Virus record (IMG/VR): IMGVR_UViG_2879742664_000010
Length of the DNA stretch: 27,751 bases
Source of the DNA: a virus
Lineage: Duplodnaviria; Heunggongvirae; Uroviricota; Caudoviricetes
Direction: 5' to 3' (one strand)
Below the pieces are notes generated by a model that worked only from the letters and a program-made list of their open reading frames with translations, had not been told where the DNA came from and did not search any database. The position numbers and the translations under genes are program-made. Positions within the stretch are counted from its first letter, which is position 1; each line of letters starts with the position of its first letter. Positions 1 to 9,779 of the stretch are shown here, piece after piece.

Positions 1-504
1 TTACTGATAGTGTTTTATGTTCAGATAATGCCCGATGACCTTGTCATGCAGCTCCACCGATTTTGAGAACGACAGTGACTTCCGTCCCAGCCTTGCCAGA
101 TGTTGTCTCAGATTCAGATTATGTCGCTCAATGCGCTGAGTGTAACGCTTGCTGATAACGTGCAGCTTTCCCTTCAGGCGTGATTCATACAGCGGCCAGC
201 CATCCGTCATCCATACCACGACCTCAAAGGCCGACAGCAGGCTCAGAAGACGCTCCAGTGTGGCCAGAGTGCGTTCACCGAAGACGTGCGCCACAACCGT
301 CCTCCGTATCCTGTCATACGCGTAAAACAGCCAGCGCTGACGTGATTTAGCACCGACGTAGCCCCACTGTTCGTCCATTTCAGCGCAGACAATCACATCA
401 CTGCCCGGTTGTATGCGCGAGGTTACCGACTGCGGCCTGAGTTTTTTAAGTGACGTAAAACCGTGTTGAGGCCAACGCCCATAATGCGTGCACTGGCGCG
501 ACAT
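1..504 (-). CDS. insB: IS1 transposase InsB (C-terminal part of the InsAB' frameshift product)
   Basis: 167-aa [19 protein letters not shown]... recognised as IS1 InsB; identical ORF at 7552..8055. Confidence 0.93.
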   Translation of the reverse strand: MSRQCTHYGRWPQHGFTSLKKLRPQSVTSRIQPGSDVIVCAEMDEQWGYVGAKSRQRWLFYAYDRIRRTVVAHVFGERTLATLERLLSLLSAFEVVVWMTDGWPLYESRLKGKLHVISKRYTQRIERHNLNLRQHLARLGRKSLSFSKSVELHDKVIGHYLNIKHYQ

Positions 505-698
505 CCGACGCCATTCATGGCCATATCAATGATTTTCTGGTGCGTACCGGGCTGAGAGGCGGTGTAAGTGAACTGTAGTTGCCATGTTTTACGGCAATGA
601 GAGCAGAGATAGCGCTGATGTCCGGCAGTGCTTTTACCGTTACGCACCACGCCTTCAGTAGCGGAGCAGGAAGGACATCTGATGGAAATGGAAGCCAC
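423..698 (-). CDS. insA: IS1 InsA (transposition inhibitor / DNA-binding protein)
   Basis: 91-aa [25 protein letters not shown]... with a zinc-finger CxxC..CxxC motif, recognised as IS1 InsA. Confidence 0.93.
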   Translation of the reverse strand: MASISIRCPSCSATEGVVRNGKSTAGHQRYLCSHCRKTWQLQFTYTASQPGTHQKIIDMAMNGVGCRASARIMGVGLNTVLRHLKNSGRSR

Positions 699-1077
699 GC
701 AAGCACCTTAAAATCACCATCATACACTAAATTAGTAAGTTGGCAGCATTACCCCATTGCTGGCATAAATTCAGTTTCGAATATTCAGTTAATTAAAGTT
801 CGTGTGCCATCTTGTCTTTTTCGGCACAAGCTGCACCGCAATATTTTCGTTTCTTTCTGGCAATCATGTTTCCATGCATATAAATAAGCTCGCCAGTAAA
901 AGCTTTTTCAGGTAAAAACTGTTTATTGCAGAGATGGTAATCACATTGTATTAAATCCGGGTCACCTTTTTGCTGGAGAATTTTTCTGATTCTCCACAGC
1001 CATTTTTTAATCCCGGTATGACTGATGGTCTGCCTGAGGTGTACTGGCAATAGCGGACACTACCATTTGTTCTTTTT

Positions 1078-1896
1078 TTAAGCAGCCATCTGATGATATT
1101 TTTCCCTGAAGGCTGCCGGGGAGATATTCCCCAGACGAGAGTGACGACGCTGACGATTGTAGAAAATCTCAATGTATTCCCGTATTACTGAGATGGCTTC
1201 ATCCCGGTTATTAAAACGATAGTGGCTCAGGCTCTCATTTTTCAGCGTTCCCCAGAAGCTTTCCATCGGAGCGTTGTCGTAACAGTGACCTTTACGCGAC
1301 ATTGATGTTTTCAGACCAGACTGCTCCTGTATGACCCGGTAATCGTATGCGCAGTACTGTGAACCTCGATCAGAGTGGTGGATTAGCCCGGCAGGTGGGC
1401 GCTGGCTCCTGAGCGCCATAAACAGGGCTTTACCTGTCAGCTCTTTTGTCATGCGCTCTCCCATGGCGTAGCCGACAATTTCGCACGTATAAACATCTTT
1501 GATGCCAGCGAGGTACAACCATCCCTCCTGTGTGGCAACATACGTCAGGTCCGCCACCCAGACCTGATTTGGTGCTGTAGGAGCGAACGTCTGGTTCAGC
1601 AGATTTGGCGCAACTGGCAGATTGTGGTTCGGGTTCGTAGTCGCTCTGAACTTGCGTTTCTGCTTACAGCGTAGCCTTAGCTCCTTACGAAGACGTGCCA
1701 GTCGGTCACGACCAACGATGATGCCATTCTCTGCCAGCTCCGTCTGGAGCCGCCGGGTTCCATATGTTTCGCGAGTGCGGATATGTGCCACCTTAATCTC
1801 CAGTTTTAGCCGCTCATCACTTTGTTTTCTGTCTGAGGGTTCATGCTGTACCCAGTTGTAATAACCGCTCCTGGATACACCAAATACCTGACACAT
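1078..1896 (-). CDS. IS3-family transposase OrfB (DDE integrase domain), IS600-like
   Basis: 272-aa ORF in the -1 frame relative to orfA; identical ORFs in all four copies. Confidence 0.9.
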   Translation of the reverse strand: MCQVFGVSRSGYYNWVQHEPSDRKQSDERLKLEIKVAHIRTRETYGTRRLQTELAENGIIVGRDRLARLRKELRLRCKQKRKFRATTNPNHNLPVAPNLLNQTFAPTAPNQVWVADLTYVATQEGWLYLAGIKDVYTCEIVGYAMGERMTKELTGKALFMALRSQRPPAGLIHHSDRGSQYCAYDYRVIQEQSGLKTSMSRKGHCYDNAPMESFWGTLKNESLSHYRFNNRDEAISVIREYIEIFYNRQRRHSRLGNISPAAFREKYHQMAA

Positions 1897-1931
1897 CGCT
1901 TCAATGGGAAATTGTTGTCGCCATTGTTCGA

Positions 1932-2234
1932 TTAACGCGTATTTTTCAGCGACTCCTGTGCAAAATACGCTGTTGCTTTTTTTAATATATCTCGCTCAAG
2001 GCGAGCTTCATTTAACGCCTTACGCAGTTGCAGAATTTCAGATTCCAGTTCAGCCACCGTGCGGGAACCAGGAGTACCGAGCCCTTTTCTGGCGGCGGTA
2101 ACCCATTGTCCTAAAGTGCCTTCAGGAAGGGATAATCGGGAAGCGCCTTCACTGATCGAAAGTTGATTTTCAAGAACCGTTCTGACAGCTTCGGCTTTGA
2201 ACTCTTTAGAGTAACGTTGGTTTTTTCTGCTCAT
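1932..2234 (-). CDS. IS3-family transposase OrfA (HTH / leucine zipper), IS600-like
   Basis: 100-aa ORF MSRKNQRYSKEFKAEAVRTVLE...; heptamer A AAA AAG near its 3' end. Confidence 0.9.
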   Translation of the reverse strand: MSRKNQRYSKEFKAEAVRTVLENQLSISEGASRLSLPEGTLGQWVTAARKGLGTPGSRTVAELESEILQLRKALNEARLERDILKKATAYFAQESLKNTR

Positions 2235-2357
2235 TATTAGCTCCTTCTGATGCCATTCTATTTCAGGAAGGAGTGTCCGTTAAACTCAGGCTACCTCAGC
2301 CTGAGGGCAGGTGTAAAACAATAATCAAGCATGGGGTTCATATCCATAGCTCCATTT

Positions 2358-2903
2358 TTATTTTAAGGAAAGCAACTGCTCTACGGTCATGTTTTTAATT
2401 GCGCCCCGGTTTACAAGAGTCCAGCCCTGTTTTTCCAGATAAAACCGGAAAGTCTCCAGGGTACAGACCAGTGCGCCATCAGGAACGGTTTCGGTGAATT
2501 CGACATTGCCGAATTTGTCGAAGTGAACAACCAGAGTGCGACCATCACCCGGAATCATCTTGTCAGCAGGTGGGGTGTTATTCTGGCGCAGTTCGGCCTC
2601 CATGCGGTCGAACTCAGCAATGTAGGCTTCCTTGAATGTGGCGGCTTTTTTGCCCGTGAAGCCCATCACCAGGAAAACGAAGCCGTTTTTGGTGATTTGG
2701 TAGGCGTTATAAGAATTGCCGCGGTGTTCGAATTTAACCCGCGAAAAGTTGCTGGTTAAAAATAGTTCAGAACATTCGAAGGATTCTATTTTTTGAACAA
2801 CATGGTGATGCTGCTTGCCAAAAAACTCAGCAATCGAAATAGAAGTAGTGACGGCGCGACCATTTTCGATGGTTACGTCAGGGTGAGAAAGGGTAGTAGC
2901 CAT
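2358..2903 (-). CDS. rha: Phage regulatory protein, Rha family (181 aa)
   Basis: Start at the internal ATG (2901..2903) preceded by GAGGA at 7-nt spacing; N-terminus MATTLSHPDVTIENGRAVTTSISIAEFFGKQHHHVVQKI matches the Rha N-terminal motif; the longer 279-aa ORF upstream reads through a terminator-like hairpin and is probably not coding. Confidence 0.7.
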   Translation of the reverse strand: MATTLSHPDVTIENGRAVTTSISIAEFFGKQHHHVVQKIESFECSELFLTSNFSRVKFEHRGNSYNAYQITKNGFVFLVMGFTGKKAATFKEAYIAEFDRMEAELRQNNTPPADKMIPGDGRTLVVHFDKFGNVEFTETVPDGALVCTLETFRFYLEKQGWTLVNRGAIKNMTVEQLLSLK

Positions 2904-3063
2904 AATGACATCCTCAAGTGATAAGTTAATTAACTCACCAGCAGAGGTGCTAATCTCATGGGTGGTGAGACGCACAGGGTTAGCACTACCGGTCACTCGA
3001 GAACCCGGCCAGCCTTGCGGCTGCCCCGCACGCCTCACCATAATTTGAATGTGGCTGTGCATT

Positions 3064-3098
3064 ACGCATAAAAAAACCGCTTCAGCGCGGTTATGCGC
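3064..3098 (-). terminator. Candidate Rho-independent terminator (nested hairpin with U-run on the minus-strand transcript)
   Basis: Inner stem 3075..3080 / 3087..3092 (aaccgc/gcggtt) with an A-run on the plus strand giving a U-run on the minus strand; outer arms gcgcataa / ttatgcgc. Confidence 0.4.
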
Positions 3099-3220
3099 TC
3101 GAGTAACTTTCGGGGTGCTAATCCCGGCACCCGTTTTATGAGGTGCAGGTGCACTATAATTCCACCCGTTCTGGTTTTCAATAGCTACATTCAACATTTT
3201 CTCTTTCCTTTCATCACCGA

Positions 3221-3363
3221 AGTGAATTTTGTGATGCGGTGCCTAGTGCCTCCAGGTGACGTTAACCAGTTAACAATTACAGTCGGCTTTCCCACCCAAA
3301 CCAATAAGGACTAACATGACTTTTAACTGTGCCGCGTGCGCTTAGCCGCATTCACCGCATCAC
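3221..3363. repeat. Perfect 21-bp inverted repeat (agtgaattttgtgatgcggtg / caccgcatcacaaaattcact) around a 101-bp spacer that contains a GTTAAC-CA-GTTAAC palindrome
   Basis: Arms at 3221..3241 and 3343..3363 are exact reverse complements; no credible ORF inside. Confidence 0.8.
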
Positions 3364-3641
3364 AAAATTCACTTTAAAAAGGGCGGACATCAGCCAGCAA
3401 TTAAACCGATGCCGCCAACTGGTACTTCACACAGCAATGTCGTTATTTACAACCGGAAGCGCACTCCCACCATTTAAATTTCACAGACAAGACCGACTCT
3501 TTATGAATACCGGAAATGCGCCTTCGTGTTGTGCCCGGTTTTATTTCACCACCTCCGGGCTTTGGTGGCCTCGGCTATGAGGTAGCCTGAGTTTAACGGA
3601 CACTCCTTCCTGAAATAGAATGGCATCAGAAGGAGCTAATA

Positions 3642-3944
3642 ATGAGCAGAAAAAACCAACGTTACTCTAAAGAGTTCAAAGCCGAAGCTGTCAGAACGGT
3701 TCTTGAAAATCAACTTTCGATCAGTGAAGGCGCTTCCCGATTATCCCTTCCTGAAGGCACTTTAGGACAATGGGTTACCGCCGCCAGAAAAGGGCTCGGT
3801 ACTCCTGGTTCCCGCACGGTGGCTGAACTGGAATCTGAAATTCTGCAACTGCGTAAGGCGTTAAATGAAGCTCGCCTTGAGCGAGATATATTAAAAAAAG
3901 CAACAGCGTATTTTGCACAGGAGTCGCTGAAAAATACGCGTTAA
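3642..3944 (+). CDS. IS3-family transposase OrfA, IS600-like
   Basis: 100-aa ORF identical to the other copies. Confidence 0.9.
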   Translation: MSRKNQRYSKEFKAEAVRTVLENQLSISEGASRLSLPEGTLGQWVTAARKGLGTPGSRTVAELESEILQLRKALNEARLERDILKKATAYFAQESLKNTR

Positions 3945-3979
3945 TCGAACAATGGCGACAACAATTTCCCATTGAAGCG

Positions 3980-4798
3980 ATGTGTCAGGTATTTGGTGTA
4001 TCCAGGAGCGGTTATTACAACTGGGTACAGCATGAACCCTCAGACAGAAAACAAAGTGATGAGCGGCTAAAACTGGAGATTAAGGTGGCACATATCCGCA
4101 CTCGCGAAACATATGGAACCCGGCGGCTCCAGACGGAGCTGGCAGAGAATGGCATCATCGTTGGTCGTGACCGACTGGCACGTCTTCGTAAGGAGCTAAG
4201 GCTACGCTGTAAGCAGAAACGCAAGTTCAGAGCGACTACGAACCCGAACCACAATCTGCCAGTTGCGCCAAATCTGCTGAACCAGACGTTCGCTCCTACA
4301 GCACCAAATCAGGTCTGGGTGGCGGACCTGACGTATGTTGCCACACAGGAGGGATGGTTGTACCTCGCTGGCATCAAAGATGTTTATACGTGCGAAATTG
4401 TCGGCTACGCCATGGGAGAGCGCATGACAAAAGAGCTGACAGGTAAAGCCCTGTTTATGGCGCTCAGGAGCCAGCGCCCACCTGCCGGGCTAATCCACCA
4501 CTCTGATCGAGGTTCACAGTACTGCGCATACGATTACCGGGTCATACAGGAGCAGTCTGGTCTGAAAACATCAATGTCGCGTAAAGGTCACTGTTACGAC
4601 AACGCTCCGATGGAAAGCTTCTGGGGAACGCTGAAAAATGAGAGCCTGAGCCACTATCGTTTTAATAACCGGGATGAAGCCATCTCAGTAATACGGGAAT
4701 ACATTGAGATTTTCTACAATCGTCAGCGTCGTCACTCTCGTCTGGGGAATATCTCCCCGGCAGCCTTCAGGGAAAAATATCATCAGATGGCTGCTTAA
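3980..4798 (+). CDS. IS3-family transposase OrfB, IS600-like
   Basis: 272-aa ORF identical to the other copies. Confidence 0.9.
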   Translation: MCQVFGVSRSGYYNWVQHEPSDRKQSDERLKLEIKVAHIRTRETYGTRRLQTELAENGIIVGRDRLARLRKELRLRCKQKRKFRATTNPNHNLPVAPNLLNQTFAPTAPNQVWVADLTYVATQEGWLYLAGIKDVYTCEIVGYAMGERMTKELTGKALFMALRSQRPPAGLIHHSDRGSQYCAYDYRVIQEQSGLKTSMSRKGHCYDNAPMESFWGTLKNESLSHYRFNNRDEAISVIREYIEIFYNRQRRHSRLGNISPAAFREKYHQMAA

Positions 4799-4885
4799 AA
4801 AAAGAACAAATGGTAGTGTCCGCTATTGCCAGTACACCTCACTATACCTCTACAGCGAGAATATTGAATTAATCCAATAAATGGA

Positions 4886-5038
4886 TTAGCTGGTATTTTT
4901 GGCAAGCCAGCGACGTGCGCCAGCTTCGGTTTTAAACGTTTTGCTTTTGGTATACGTCATGGCGGTGAATGTGCCGTCCTGATTGGGAAACACGCCACAC
5001 ACTAGGGATTCGTTGTTGCCAAGATCGATAGTATCCAT
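4886..5038 (-). CDS. Small prophage protein (50 aa), YdfA-like, immediately downstream of the dicA-like repressor
   Basis: MDTIDLGNNESLVCGVFPNQDGTFTAMTYTKSKTFKTEAGARRWLAKNTS; start at the internal ATG with GAGG 5 nt upstream; position mirrors dicA-ydfA in the Qin prophage (from memory). Confidence 0.5.
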   Translation of the reverse strand: MDTIDLGNNESLVCGVFPNQDGTFTAMTYTKSKTFKTEAGARRWLAKNTS

Positions 5039-5241
5039 GCTGACCTCATTTCCCCTTAACGCCGGGGTAGTGGAACTGTTTGCTGAGAACACCGTGCGGT
5101 GTCTTGATGAATGGAATTTAGAATAACCTAAGACGTGGAGTCAAGATTTTATGTATAAAAAACCTAAGTTTTTTTGATGTAAAAAACACAAGTGTTTGAA
5201 AGTTTGTGCTTTTTATTACAGGGTGTGGAGAAAAAAGGGGA

Positions 5242-5649
5242 TTATTTGTTTGCGCTTCTTTTGCGAGCTTTGAGTAGTTCTTCAAAAAGTTTGTTGAAAT
5301 TTTCAACTCGAGCACGCATCTCTGACAACAGGGCCTTTTGCTCTGACTCAGGCAGTGCGTCGAACAGTTGAAGTAACTCTTTTTGATCTTCTGTCAGAAT
5401 GGCTGGCTGATTATCCGGGATCGGTTCGCCTGGTTGTTTATCTTCATCCCCAAAAAGAAGCCAAGTCGGTGAGCACTGAAGCGCTTGGCTCAGTGCGAAT
5501 AATCTTTTCCCCGCCGGCTGTGTTTCATCTCTTTCCCATTGAGAAATTGTTACGTGAGCCACTTTGACCAGCTTACCTAATGCGGCCTGAGACAGTTTTA
5601 ATTTTTTACGCCTATGTAAGAGGCGAGCACCGAAGGTTTCGTTTTTCAT
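5242..5649 (-). CDS. dicA: DicA-like prophage repressor (HTH XRE family), 135 aa
   Basis: HTH region LSQAALGKLVKVAHVTISQWERDETQP; C-terminal motifs LQCSPTWLLFGDEDKQP and EMRARVENFNKLFEELLKARKR match E. coli DicA as recalled. Confidence 0.8.
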   Translation of the reverse strand: MKNETFGARLLHRRKKLKLSQAALGKLVKVAHVTISQWERDETQPAGKRLFALSQALQCSPTWLLFGDEDKQPGEPIPDNQPAILTEDQKELLQLFDALPESEQKALLSEMRARVENFNKLFEELLKARKRSANK

Positions 5650-5725
5650 ATTAGGGAATTCTAATCTTTCTTGACTTAGGTTTCTCTACGATCTAGTTTC
5701 CTTAGGAAAATCTAAGGAGCTCGAT
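5650..5725. promoter_or_regulatory. Divergent promoter/operator region between the dicA-like and dicC-like genes
   Basis: Repeated TTAGG/CCTAA half-sites (ttagggaattctaa; ccttaggaaaatctaagg), a TTGACT -35-like hexamer at 5671..5676, and a strong SD AAGGAG 6 nt before the dicC ATG. Confidence 0.5.
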
Positions 5726-5953
5726 ATGTTGAAAATTGATGCTATAGCGTTTTTTGGCAGCAAAACAAAGCTTGCCAATGCCGCAGGAGTTAGGCTGGCA
5801 AGCATTGCTGCATGGGGGGAACTGGTTCCTGAAGGTCGCGCGATGCGCCTGCAAGAGGCATCTGGCGGGGAACTTCAGTACGACCCCAAAGTTTATGACG
5901 AATATCGTAAGGCAAAACGACCTGGGAAGGTGATTCATGAAAATCAGGCATGA
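5726..5953 (+). CDS. dicC: DicC-like Cro-type regulator (75 aa)
   Basis: MLKIDAIAFFGSKTKLANAAGVRLASIAAWGELVPEGRAMRLQEASGGELQYDPKVYDEYRK; divergent from the dicA-like gene with a strong SD. Confidence 0.7.
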   Translation: MLKIDAIAFFGSKTKLANAAGVRLASIAAWGELVPEGRAMRLQEASGGELQYDPKVYDEYRKAKRPGKVIHENQA

Positions 5954-6358
5954 GCACATCGAATCAGTGCTGTTAGCCCTGGCAGCCGAAAAAGGGCAGG
6001 CGTGGGTCGCTAACGCAATTACTGAAGAATATCTGCGGCAGGGGGCGGCGAATTGCCTCTGGTACCAGGCAAGGACTGGAACAATCAGCAGAATATCTAT
6101 CACCGTTGGTTGAAAGGTGAAACGAAAGCGCAAAGGGAGAAAATTCAGAAACTGATCCCTGCGGTTCTGGCAATTCTTCCGCGTGAGCTGCGTCACCGAC
6201 TCTGTATCTTCGATACCCTGGAACGCCGTGCATTACTGGCGGCGCAGGAAGCGTTGAGTACGGCAATTGATGCGCATGATGACGCAGTTCAGGCCGTTTA
6301 CCGGAAAGCACATTTCAGCGGTGGTGGGTCGTCCGACGATTCTGTCGTTGTGCATTGA
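5937..6358 (+). pseudogene. Hypothetical prophage early gene downstream of dicC, apparently frameshifted in a G5 run (5937..6112 frame plus 6053..6358 frame)
   Basis: ATG at 5937 overlaps the dicC 3' end; that frame stops at 6112, while a 101-codon ORF with no ATG continues in another frame; adding one G to the run at 6041..6045 joins them into one ORF of about 140 aa. Confidence 0.3.
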
Positions 6359-6503
6359 TGTTTATGCCGAACCTCCTCTGGTTCTGTTGATTGGGGAATC
6401 ACAGATTATATCCGGAGGAAGGTTCGGCACCTGAAGTGGCACACTGAATTTGGCCACCTGAACAGAGGTGATATGCTCACCTCAGAACAACACAGGTGCT
6501 CCA

Positions 6504-8055
<1,552 letters not shown>

Positions 8056-8473
8056 CCGACGCCATTCATGGCCATATCAATGATTTTCTGGTGCGTACCG
8101 GGCTGAGAGGCGGTGTAAGTGAACTGTAGTTGCCATGTTTTACGGCAATGAGAGCAGAGATAGCGCTGATGTCCGGCAGTGCTTTTGCCGTTACGCACCA
8201 CGCCTTCAGTAGCGGAGCAGGAAGGACATCTGATGGAAATGGAAGCCACGCAAGCACCTTAAAATCACCATCATACACTAAATCAGTAAGTTGGCAGCAT
8301 TACCCAGCGAGGCAGCTCACGCCATAACGGACTATATCGTTGGATATTACAGCGCACTAAGACCGCACGAATATAACGGTGGGTTACCCCCAAACGAATC
8401 GGAAAATCGATACTGGAAAAACTCTAACTCGGTGGCCAGTTTTTGTTGACCACTTCACATGGACATTTGAAAG

Positions 8474-8497
8474 AGCCCGCTTTATGCGGGTTTTTTT
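8474..8497 (+). terminator. Candidate Rho-independent terminator
   Basis: GC stem cccgc / gcggg, loop tttat, followed by a run of seven T. Confidence 0.5.
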
Positions 8498-8585
8498 ATA
8501 CCTGAAAAACGGCACAGGACGTTAAACGTGCTGGTGGTCAGATGAGTTTGCAGATGTGATGACATATGGTTATTATTCTGCCTCC

Positions 8586-8662
8586 GGCCCTTTAGCTCAG
8601 TTGGTCAGAGCGAGCGACTCATAATCGCCAGGTCGCTGGTTCAAGTCCAGCAAGGGCCACCA
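8586..8662 (+). tRNA. ileZ: tRNA with anticodon CAU, ileX/ileZ-like (tRNA-Ile2; cannot be told from Met by sequence alone)
   Basis: Cloverleaf with acceptor ggccctt/aagggcc, anticodon loop CUCAUAA, 3' CCA; resembles E. coli ileX around the anticodon arm. Confidence 0.85.
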
Positions 8663-8663
8663 A

Positions 8664-8740
8664 CCACCACTAGCTCATCCGGATAGAGCATCAACCTTCT
8701 AAGTTGACGGTGCGAGGTTCGAGTCCTCGGTGGTGGGCCA
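8664..8740 (+). tRNA. argN: tRNA-Arg (anticodon UCU)
   Basis: Acceptor ccaccac/gtggtgg, anticodon loop CUUCUAA, T-loop ggttcgagtcc, 3' CCA. Confidence 0.85.
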
Positions 8741-8742
8741 GC

Positions 8743-8818
<76 letters not shown>

Positions 8819-8821
8819 TAT

Positions 8822-8896
<75 letters not shown>

Positions 8897-8902
8897 GTCA
8901 GA

Positions 8903-8948
8903 GTCTTTCAGTCTGCGATGATGGGAAATCCCGGAGTGACTGAAAGAC
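8903..8948 (+). terminator. Long hairpin directly after the tRNA cluster (possible processing or terminator structure)
   Basis: 11-bp stem (8903..8913 / 8938..8948) around a 24-nt loop that itself holds a ggga...tccc mini-stem. Confidence 0.3.
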
Positions 8949-8955
8949 GTTTAAG

Positions 8956-9028
8956 TTATGAATGATCGCCTTTTTTTGCAAAATTGCTGTGCAGAAATAC
9001 TAACCTTCGGGCGTGCGATCATTCATAA
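8956..9028. repeat. Perfect 14-bp inverted repeat ttatgaatgatcgc / gcgatcattcataa with a 45-bp spacer, upstream of the holin gene
   Basis: Arms at 8956..8969 and 9015..9028 are exact reverse complements. Confidence 0.7.
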
Positions 9029-9188
9029 GCACTCTGCTTTTATTCCGATTAACTGTGGGTGGTTTGTTGGATAGAGTGCTTTCCTTACTGTATATATCGT
9101 TTCGCCCGCTTTTGCGTTTTTTTCTTTTCAAATCCCTTTCATTTCTCAGTGTAAAACTACGCCATCCGTTATTTGCGGAGGTGAGGCT

Positions 9189-9380
9189 ATGAAATCCATG
9201 GACAAAATTTCAACGGGCATTGCCTACGGCACCTCCGCCGGCAGTGCCGGCTACTGGTTTTTGCAGTGGTTGGATCAGGTCAGTCCATCACAGTGGGCTG
9301 CGATTGGTGTGCTGGGAAGTCTGCTTCTGGGGCTTCTGACTTATCTGACGAATCTGTATTTCAAAATAAGAGAAGATTGA
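9189..9380 (+). CDS. S: Phage 21 S21-like pinholin, truncated by IS600 copy 3 (last ~8 residues replaced; the stop codon is the first three bases of the IS)
   Basis: [63 protein letters not shown]; dual-start MKSM motif; SD GGAGG upstream; ORF ends at TGA at 9378..9380. Confidence 0.8.
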   Translation: MKSMDKISTGIAYGTSAGSAGYWFLQWLDQVSPSQWAAIGVLGSLLLGLLTYLTNLYFKIRED

Positions 9381-9441
9381 GGTAGCCTGAGTTTAACGGA
9401 CACTCCTTCCTGAAATAGAATGGCATCAGAAGGAGCTAATA

Positions 9442-9744
9442 ATGAGCAGAAAAAACCAACGTTACTCTAAAGAGTTCAAAGCCGAAGCTGTCAGAACGGT
9501 TCTTGAAAATCAACTTTCGATCAGTGAAGGCGCTTCCCGATTATCCCTTCCTGAAGGCACTTTAGGACAATGGGTTACCGCCGCCAGAAAAGGGCTCGGT
9601 ACTCCTGGTTCCCGCACGGTGGCTGAACTGGAATCTGAAATTCTGCAACTGCGTAAGGCGTTAAATGAAGCTCGCCTTGAGCGAGATATATTAAAAAAAG
9701 CAACAGCGTATTTTGCACAGGAGTCGCTGAAAAATACGCGTTAA
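9442..9744 (+). CDS. IS3-family transposase OrfA, IS600-like
   Basis: Identical 100-aa ORF. Confidence 0.9.
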   Translation: MSRKNQRYSKEFKAEAVRTVLENQLSISEGASRLSLPEGTLGQWVTAARKGLGTPGSRTVAELESEILQLRKALNEARLERDILKKATAYFAQESLKNTR

Positions 9745-9779
9745 TCGAACAATGGCGACAACAATTTCCCATTGAAGCG

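Larger units (their letters stand above)
1..753 (-). mobile_element. IS1: IS1 copy A, cut by the window start (about 15 bp of one terminal inverted repeat missing)
   Basis: Encodes InsA and InsB on the minus strand; the terminus ...taagttggcagcattacc ends at 753; near-identical to the complete 768-bp copy at 7537..8304. Confidence 0.95.
1035..2298 (-). mobile_element. IS600: IS3-family insertion sequence, 1264 bp, IS600-like (copy 1), flanked by a 3-bp target duplication GCC
   Basis: Termini TGAGGTAGCCTGAGTTTAACGG...CCAGTACACCTCA; orfA/orfB with an A AAA AAG -1 frameshift motif; GCC at 1032..1034 and 2299..2301. Confidence 0.85.
793..2347 (-). pseudogene. Small Cys-rich phage ORF (about 94-96 aa) split by IS600 copy 1; the 3' part is 793..1034, the 5' part is 2302..2347
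   Basis: After removing the IS and one copy of the 3-bp duplication GCC, a continuous minus-strand ORF MDMNPMLDYCFTPALRQTISHTGIKKWLW...CDYHLC...CGAAC...MAHEL is restored, starting just downstream of the rha stop. Confidence 0.5.
3578..4841 (+). mobile_element. IS600: IS600-like IS3-family element (copy 2), flanked by a 3-bp target duplication CTA
   Basis: Same 1264-bp sequence as copy 1 in opposite orientation; CTA at 3575..3577 and 4842..4844. Confidence 0.85.

Noticed and set aside
1622-1861. Short ORFs antisense to transposase genes (for example 1622..1861, 951..1172, 16259..16729, 19343..19774)
   Set aside because: They overlap well-supported transposase genes on the opposite strand and recur identically only because the IS copies are identical.
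2904-3197. N-terminal extension of the rha ORF (279-aa version starting at 3197)
   Set aside because: The extension reads through a terminator-like hairpin and has no ribosome-binding site, whereas the internal ATG at 2903 has a good GAGGA site and the Rha N-terminal motif begins there.
3064-3360. DicF sRNA homologue downstream of the dicA/ydfA-like genes
   Set aside because: The recalled DicF sequence does not match this region, so only a generic candidate regulatory RNA is reported.
3093-3580. ORFs 3093..3314 and 3329..3580 on the plus strand
   Set aside because: No ribosome-binding sites, odd composition, and they overlap the inverted-repeat and terminator structures; treated as non-coding.
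5702-6311. Minus-strand ORFs 5702..6196 (164 aa) and 5973..6311 (112 aa)
   Set aside because: Antisense to the dicC-like gene and the downstream ORF, Cys/Phe-rich junk-like translations with no start context.
8897-9188. Shiga toxin genes between the tRNA cluster and the holin
   Set aside because: Only about 290 bp of hairpin-rich non-coding sequence lies there, with no ORF resembling StxA or StxB.
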